DNA of 64,000 nucleotides. Origin: a virus. The translations under genes and the position numbers were made by a program. This document shows positions 59,232 to 64,000 of this stretch, in pieces. Within the stretch, counting starts at the first letter, position 1. Each line of letters starts with the position of its first letter. Location of the stretch: IMG/VR virus record IMGVR_UViG_3300033149_003257, positions 32,001 to 96,000 of that record. One strand, written 5' to 3'. The notes beneath the pieces are model-generated. The model did no database searches and had not been told where the DNA came from. It was given only the letters and a program-made list of their open reading frames with translations.

Positions 59232-60017
59232 TCACTCCAATGTATCTATAGAAGATCTTATAAATACATTAACTCCAACATTATTAATACAAGTATTAAA
59301 TCTACTAATGCAAATATTTTCTCTTTCTCTAAACATATTAAATTTAATATCACCATCATGATCTATAATAAATGGTATAACAACTAAATTAGAATATGAA
59401 TTTTCAATAGAAACATCAGTTTCTACATGAATATTACCAATCAATTTAGCAAATTGGTCCTTCGATTGAGTTTCAGTAACAAGATCTGCAAACTCCCCAT
59501 TAAATAAAAGTTGCAAAGAATTCATATTGAAAGATTTAGAAATAATACTTATTCTATTTGAAAAAGATTCTTTTATATCAAGTTCTAAAATTGGTGATTG
59601 TCCATCTAGAACAAAAATACTATCTAGTTCCTCTTGACTCATAAATTTATTATCCATAAATTCAAGATTTGGATTAGCAAACTTTAATATAGTTTGACTA
59701 TCTGAAAAAGAAAAAGAAGAACTATTTACTTTTATTTCAACAATTTCATTCAAAAAACATTTTAATAAATCTATTTTTTGTCTTATATTAGTTAATGGTA
59801 TATTTAAATTAAAAGCTCCAGGCGAATCAGAAATAATATTAGAAATATCAATTTCAAAAATACAACTATGGTCATCACTTCTTTGTCTAATTACACCATC
59901 CCGAATATCTACATCACTACATAAATCTCTCAACAAAGATATAGTTCTAATAAAATCTTCATATTGTTGAGCATCTAAATTTATAATTCTTTCTTCTTGA
60001 ACTTGAGTATCAGACAT
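59232..60017 (-). CDS. putative DNA sliding clamp
   Basis: 261 aa, acidic, two-domain alpha/beta pattern; near clamp loader, primase and flap nuclease. Confidence 0.5.
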   Translation of the reverse strand: MSDTQVQEERIINLDAQQYEDFIRTISLLRDLCSDVDIRDGVIRQRSDDHSCIFEIDISNIISDSPGAFNLNIPLTNIRQKIDLLKCFLNEIVEIKVNSSSFSFSDSQTILKFANPNLEFMDNKFMSQEELDSIFVLDGQSPILELDIKESFSNRISIISKSFNMNSLQLLFNGEFADLVTETQSKDQFAKLIGNIHVETDVSIENSYSNLVVIPFIIDHDGDIKFNMFRERENICISRFNTCINNVGVNVFIRSSIDTLE

Positions 60018-60175
60018 TTAACAACTCCTTTCCTATTAAACCTCTTTGATATAATTTTCTAACTTTTTTCTTTATTTGTTTTAAATTCATGTCTTCAGTA
60101 TTATTATAATATGATCTTAAAAGTAAAAGAATTTTTGGGTTTTTAAAAATAGCTTTATTTATTCTTTTACACATC

Positions 60176-60340
60176 CTACCATTCATAAGCAGTATCCTCC
60201 ATTAATTCATAAATATCATTAACTTTATTTTCAATATCATGAGAATTTAGTATTATCTCTTTAATTTTATTTTTTATTTCAACATTGAAATCTAAACCCT
60301 TCTCATATATCTCATCAATAAAATCAAAATATTTTGACAT
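60176..60340 (-). CDS. small hypothetical protein
   Basis: Start at MSKYFDF behind AAGGA. Confidence 0.5.
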   Translation of the reverse strand: MSKYFDFIDEIYEKGLDFNVEIKNKIKEIILNSHDIENKVNDIYELMEDTAYEW

Positions 60341-60344
60341 AATA

Positions 60345-60725
60345 TTATTCCTTGTTAATTTTCTTAACAATAGTTATATATACAAATTTATCTTCAGTTA
60401 CTTCAATAGAATGAACATAATCAAGAGTAACAAAATATTCTTCAGTTTTAGTTAAAATTTCCATTACTCTTTCAGCAAGTTTTTTCAACCTACTTTCTTC
60501 AGTATTGATTGGAATACAAAAAATCATTAATATACTATCAAAACCATTAAAATCATATTGAAACATACAAACATTATTTCCAAGAACCATGTGCATTTGA
60601 TCAGAACTAGCAGCTTTACAAACTAAACTATAATAATTAATTTTATCTAATCTACCATCATATTTAATACCAGATTCAACAGTAGAATCAAAAATATCTC
60701 TTATCTTTTCTTTAAAAAGGTCCAT
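60345..60725 (-). CDS. hypothetical protein
   Basis: 126 aa ORF. Confidence 0.7.
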   Translation of the reverse strand: MDLFKEKIRDIFDSTVESGIKYDGRLDKINYYSLVCKAASSDQMHMVLGNNVCMFQYDFNGFDSILMIFCIPINTEESRLKKLAERVMEILTKTEEYFVTLDYVHSIEVTEDKFVYITIVKKINKE

Positions 60726-60796
60726 TCTATTTATTTTCCTTAACTAAATTAATATAAATTTTATTTTTGTTCATAATTTATACAATATATTCTAAA

Positions 60797-61771
60797 CTAA
60801 AGAATTATCTTTGTAGGTTCAACAGATTTACTTCCGAAATCTTTTCCATTTTTATTATAGTATACAGTTAACGTATCAATTTTAGAAAACTTTTTAATTT
60901 TTTTATAATAATCAAGAGAAATACCATTATCAGATAAAATAATAACATCTGGAAAAAATATAGATTCATAAAACTTTATACTATTAATTAATGAAGCATA
61001 TTTAGAAGATAAAGCTGATGCATATATAGAAACTTCATCTTTTAAATTTATATAATCAAATAAACTTTCATTAAAAATATCAAAAATACCTTCTGCTAAA
61101 ATAATTTTTTTACTAAATTTATTATTACCAGGTATCCTATAATAATCAAGAAATAAAGGATTATATAAATTTAATTTAAAATATGAAAAATTAGAATTGT
61201 CATTAATATTTCTAAAAACTACTTTTGATTGATTATTAGTTAAAAATCCAACAAAATTAGAATGTAAAAAATCTCTAATTCTAAAAAGAGTTTGATTAAT
61301 TGGAATATCATTAATATTTAGAAATTCATCTATATCAAAAATCAAACCTTTAATTTCTGATATACTTATATTGAAGAATTTTAACCTTTTTTTAATATAT
61401 AAATATTTATTTGAAAATTTATTAATATCAATAGAAGGTATTTTATAATCTCTTTTTATTTCTATTTTATCATTTAAATTAATATTATTCTGAATATTTC
61501 TTACTTTATCTTGATCTACATATTTATTAGAAATATCATATCCAGAAATTTTTGAAATTAATTTATGTATTAATCCACTTTCTCCACAATCACCAAAAAA
61601 ACAATGAAATATTGGAGCTTCTAAAGATATATATAAATGATAATGTTTCTTATCTTTTTGATATTCACACCATGGACACCTACATACTATATTTTTACTC
61701 TTTACTTTTACAGGATCGCCCAAATTTTTTATTAGATAATCAATAAATTCATCTTTATATATACCAATCAT
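60797..61771 (-). CDS. DNA primase (Zn-binding domain plus TOPRIM)
   Basis: CPWC...H...FHCFFGDC; LAEGIFD; LSDNG; KDFG. Confidence 0.85.
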   Translation of the reverse strand: MIGIYKDEFIDYLIKNLGDPVKVKSKNIVCRCPWCEYQKDKKHYHLYISLEAPIFHCFFGDCGESGLIHKLISKISGYDISNKYVDQDKVRNIQNNINLNDKIEIKRDYKIPSIDINKFSNKYLYIKKRLKFFNISISEIKGLIFDIDEFLNINDIPINQTLFRIRDFLHSNFVGFLTNNQSKVVFRNINDNSNFSYFKLNLYNPLFLDYYRIPGNNKFSKKIILAEGIFDIFNESLFDYINLKDEVSIYASALSSKYASLINSIKFYESIFFPDVIILSDNGISLDYYKKIKKFSKIDTLTVYYNKNGKDFGSKSVEPTKIIL

Positions 61772-61773
61772 TT

Positions 61774-62082
61774 TTAACCTCTAAGATTTTGTAGCCAATC
61801 TAAAAAACCATGATTATTACATTTTGAACATCCACTTCCATTACAATTATCACATATAAATATAAGATTTTCAAAAGAATTACAATCAAATCCAGTTCCA
61901 TGACAATATTCACATTCACCACCACTCCAAGAAAATCCAAAAGTCATTTTATAAACACCTGATAAACCAGTTCCATTACAATGTTTACATTTAGATAGTG
62001 GAATAGAAGAATTTTCAGAAAGTCTATTTAAAAAAACAAAAAGAGAATTTTTATCTATATGTTCTAAATTAATGTTTTCCAT
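61774..62082 (-). CDS. DnaJ-type CxxCxGxG zinc-finger protein
   Basis: CKHCNGTG, CEYCHGTG, CDNCNGSG, CSKCNNHG..DW. Confidence 0.7.
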   Translation of the reverse strand: MENINLEHIDKNSLFVFLNRLSENSSIPLSKCKHCNGTGLSGVYKMTFGFSWSGGECEYCHGTGFDCNSFENLIFICDNCNGSGCSKCNNHGFLDWLQNLRG

Positions 62083-63061
62083 TTAAAATAGTATTCCTAT
62101 ATTCATTAAGAACTTTAATAATTTCAAATATCATAGACATAAAATTCATTGATGGAACCAAACAATTAGAATGTGAATTAGTATATTTATTTATTATAAT
62201 TTTTGCATGTGATGGAATATTAGAAGTAAAAAATAAAGAAGAATATATTCCTCTATAATCTAAGTCAAAATCATTTAACAAATTAAGAATGTTATTAATT
62301 ATTTGACTTATTTTATGTTTCTCACCTTTTTCTAATAAACTAATAATTTCAACTATATTTGATATTAAAACCTTTTCATTTGTTGTTATTAATTCTCTAT
62401 TTACAAATAACTTTCCAGATAATGAAGATTTTTGTAATAAATTAACAATTCTTCTAATATCTGGATATAAATTATCAACAATAAATTTTATATCATAATC
62501 TTCATAAGGAATTGATTCACTTTTTAATATTTCTTTACAATAGTTTACAACAAATTCAATTGGTAATTGTTTAAAAGAATATAACATAAATCTTGATTGA
62601 ATTGGTTCTGGTATTTTAGAAATATAATTACAAGTAAATATAAATCTACCACTTTCTTCTTGATATTTATTAATTAAATATCTTAATGAATTAAAACTTG
62701 CATCTGTTAAATAATCAGCTTCATCTATAAAAACAATTCTATAATTATCTTGTCCAGCAGGTGGAATTTTTAGAAATGGTTCTATTACATCATCCACAAA
62801 ATTAATTCCTCTAGATTTTTTAGCAGAACCATTAATCTCTAGTAAATTATCTCTTGGATTATTTAAAACACCATTTTTAGATGATAATATTCTAGAGAGA
62901 ACTGTTTTACCACCACCAGGAGGACCATAAAATAATAAATTACCAATTTCTTTTTTATAAATACATTTTTCAAAATCTTTTCTATAAACATCTGGTAAAA
63001 CTAAATCTTCTATTTTTTTTGGTCTATATTTTTCAACCCATATATTATTCAAAAATTCCAT
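62069..63061 (-). CDS. clamp loader AAA+ subunit (RFC-small/gp44-like)
   Basis: WVEKYRP, GPPGGGKT, FIDEAD, FIFTCNY, PIQSR, PDIRR. Confidence 0.93.
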   Translation of the reverse strand: MEFLNNIWVEKYRPKKIEDLVLPDVYRKDFEKCIYKKEIGNLLFYGPPGGGKTVLSRILSSKNGVLNNPRDNLLEINGSAKKSRGINFVDDVIEPFLKIPPAGQDNYRIVFIDEADYLTDASFNSLRYLINKYQEESGRFIFTCNYISKIPEPIQSRFMLYSFKQLPIEFVVNYCKEILKSESIPYEDYDIKFIVDNLYPDIRRIVNLLQKSSLSGKLFVNRELITTNEKVLISNIVEIISLLEKGEKHKISQIINNILNLLNDFDLDYRGIYSSLFFTSNIPSHAKIIINKYTNSHSNCLVPSMNFMSMIFEIIKVLNEYRNTILNGKH

Positions 63062-63068
63062 AAAACTC

Positions 63069-63473
63069 CTAACAGTTATAAGTTGGACTAGTATGTAAAA
63101 TTGCTAGTTGAGTTTGTTCCTTTACAAAATTAGAAATTATTCTTTTTTCTATATTTTTTTCAAAATTATTTAATGCATCTTTTCCAAATATTATTTTATT
63201 GTTCTCATCAAAATCATGAACTTCTACAACAATAACGTCCTTTAACCACTCAAATTTATTTAATATTAACATATATAAAGCAGCCTGGTCTGGTAATACT
63301 GATACTTTAAATGAAACTTTTATTGAATCACCTTTTTTATCAAAATATAACATCATATCATTATTTGAAAAAACATAACCTTTTTTTATATCAGTAACAT
63401 TTATAATATTAATATTATATTTAGAAAGTTCTTTTTTAATATCCTCCACTTTTTTCAATATAATATCCTCCAT
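63069..63473 (-). CDS. hypothetical protein
   Basis: Start trimmed to MEDIILK; the upstream part of the listed ORF looks intergenic and contains GAACAAAATA. Confidence 0.6.
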   Translation of the reverse strand: MEDIILKKVEDIKKELSKYNINIINVTDIKKGYVFSNNDMMLYFDKKGDSIKVSFKVSVLPDQAALYMLILNKFEWLKDVIVVEVHDFDENNKIIFGKDALNNFEKNIEKRIISNFVKEQTQLAILHTSPTYNC

Positions 63474-63579
63474 ATTTTTGTATTTTGTTCTAAATGAAAA
63501 AAATAAATTCTTTATAACAAAACAACAAAAAAAAGACAATATAATATTTTATATTATCTTTTTTAAATACAAAATTAAA

Positions 63580-63810
63580 CTACTTTTTTTTCTTTCTTTG
63601 TTTCTGAGGTCTAGTTTTTTTATTATTACTATCAATATAATTTTTCTTTTCATTAGTATCAAATAATGGACATTTACCAATTCTCCATCTACTTTGAGGA
63701 GAAATATAAGAACAACAAAAATTCTTTTCGTCTTCATTTAAAATTCTTAAACAACCATTACATTCAGGAATAATTTCTTCACGAAGATTTTTTAAAGATA
63801 AAATTTTCAC
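63580..63810 (-). CDS. small Cys-rich basic protein
   Basis: GGGAGG RBS with GTG start; ECNGC...CCSY..P...WRIGKCP. Confidence 0.65.
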   Translation of the reverse strand: MKILSLKNLREEIIPECNGCLRILNEDEKNFCCSYISPQSRWRIGKCPLFDTNEKKNYIDSNNKKTRPQKQRKKKK

Positions 63811-63833
63811 AATTAAACCTCCCTTTAATAATT

Positions 63834-64000
63834 TTATTCAAATAATTCTCCTGTAACACTTACAACATTTGGCCATAAAACATCTTTATATGGGCCTGCA
63901 TTAATATCTGTTTTACTATATTCTATTTGTCTTTCAATTTCATCTATTGCATCTAATTTAAGATAATAACTTTTTGATATTAAAAGAATATGACCATATC
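63834..64000 (-). CDS. C-terminal part of a hypothetical protein (starts outside the window)
   Basis: Open frame ...YYLKLDAIDEIERQIEY...NVVSVTGELFE*. Confidence 0.5.
   Translation of the reverse strand, partial: YGHILLISKSYYLKLDAIDEIERQIEYSKTDINAGPYKDVLWPNVVSVTGELFE

Noticed and set aside
3264-63666. All plus-strand ORFs in the track (e.g. 3264-3554, 8998-9525, 42781-43230, 50428-50709)
   Set aside because: Each lies antisense to a well-supported minus-strand gene, lacks an RBS or motifs, and has the F/L/S/I-rich composition of shadow frames.
1-64000. Alternative genetic code (stop-codon reassignment)
   Set aside because: Long conserved genes translate intact under code 11 and use TAA, TAG and TGA as stops; only one isolated in-frame TGA was found.
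1-64000. Cellular (bacterial or archaeal) origin suggested by rpoB/rpoC, gyrAB, recA and RFC
   Set aside because: The genes are highly diverged, rpoC is duplicated, there are no ribosomal-protein neighbours, and baseplate/neck genes and homing endonucleases are interspersed. No tRNA or rRNA was recognised.

Overview
This window is a very AT-rich, densely packed block in which essentially every real gene lies on the minus strand behind GGAG/GAGG Shine-Dalgarno sites. The gene content indicates a jumbo (myovirus-like) bacteriophage genome rather than a cellular one. Replication, recombination and repair genes: primase, clamp, clamp loader, flap/RNase H nuclease, RuvC, RecA/UvsX, SbcCD, UvsW-like helicase and a two-subunit type II topoisomerase. 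Other content: a class II ribonucleotide reductase, virion genes (gp5/VgrG-like hub, LysM/gp53-like wedge, gp13-like neck, amidase), an unsplit RNA polymerase beta/beta' pair, and the start of a second, different beta' at the left edge. The most striking element is a phage-encoded ubiquitin-like conjugation locus at 741-8042. One operon encodes a giant E2-fold protein, a JAB peptidase, a ThiF/E1 and a Rho-N-fused ubiquitin-like protein with a masked C-terminal Gly. A second divergent E1 (possibly carrying its own beta-grasp tail) and a minimal HPN...C E2 follow, just upstream of the second RNAP beta'. Other signals: four mosaic NUMOD3-HNH paralogues that all lack the HNH Asn, two recurring candidate promoter motifs, QueD plus a queuosine-salvage hydrolase, a shared N-terminal 'YLxxLQE' leader, families of tiny Cys-rich ORFs (one with an in-frame TGA), and structured intergenic RNAs. 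All calls come from motif recognition by eye; no database searches were run.
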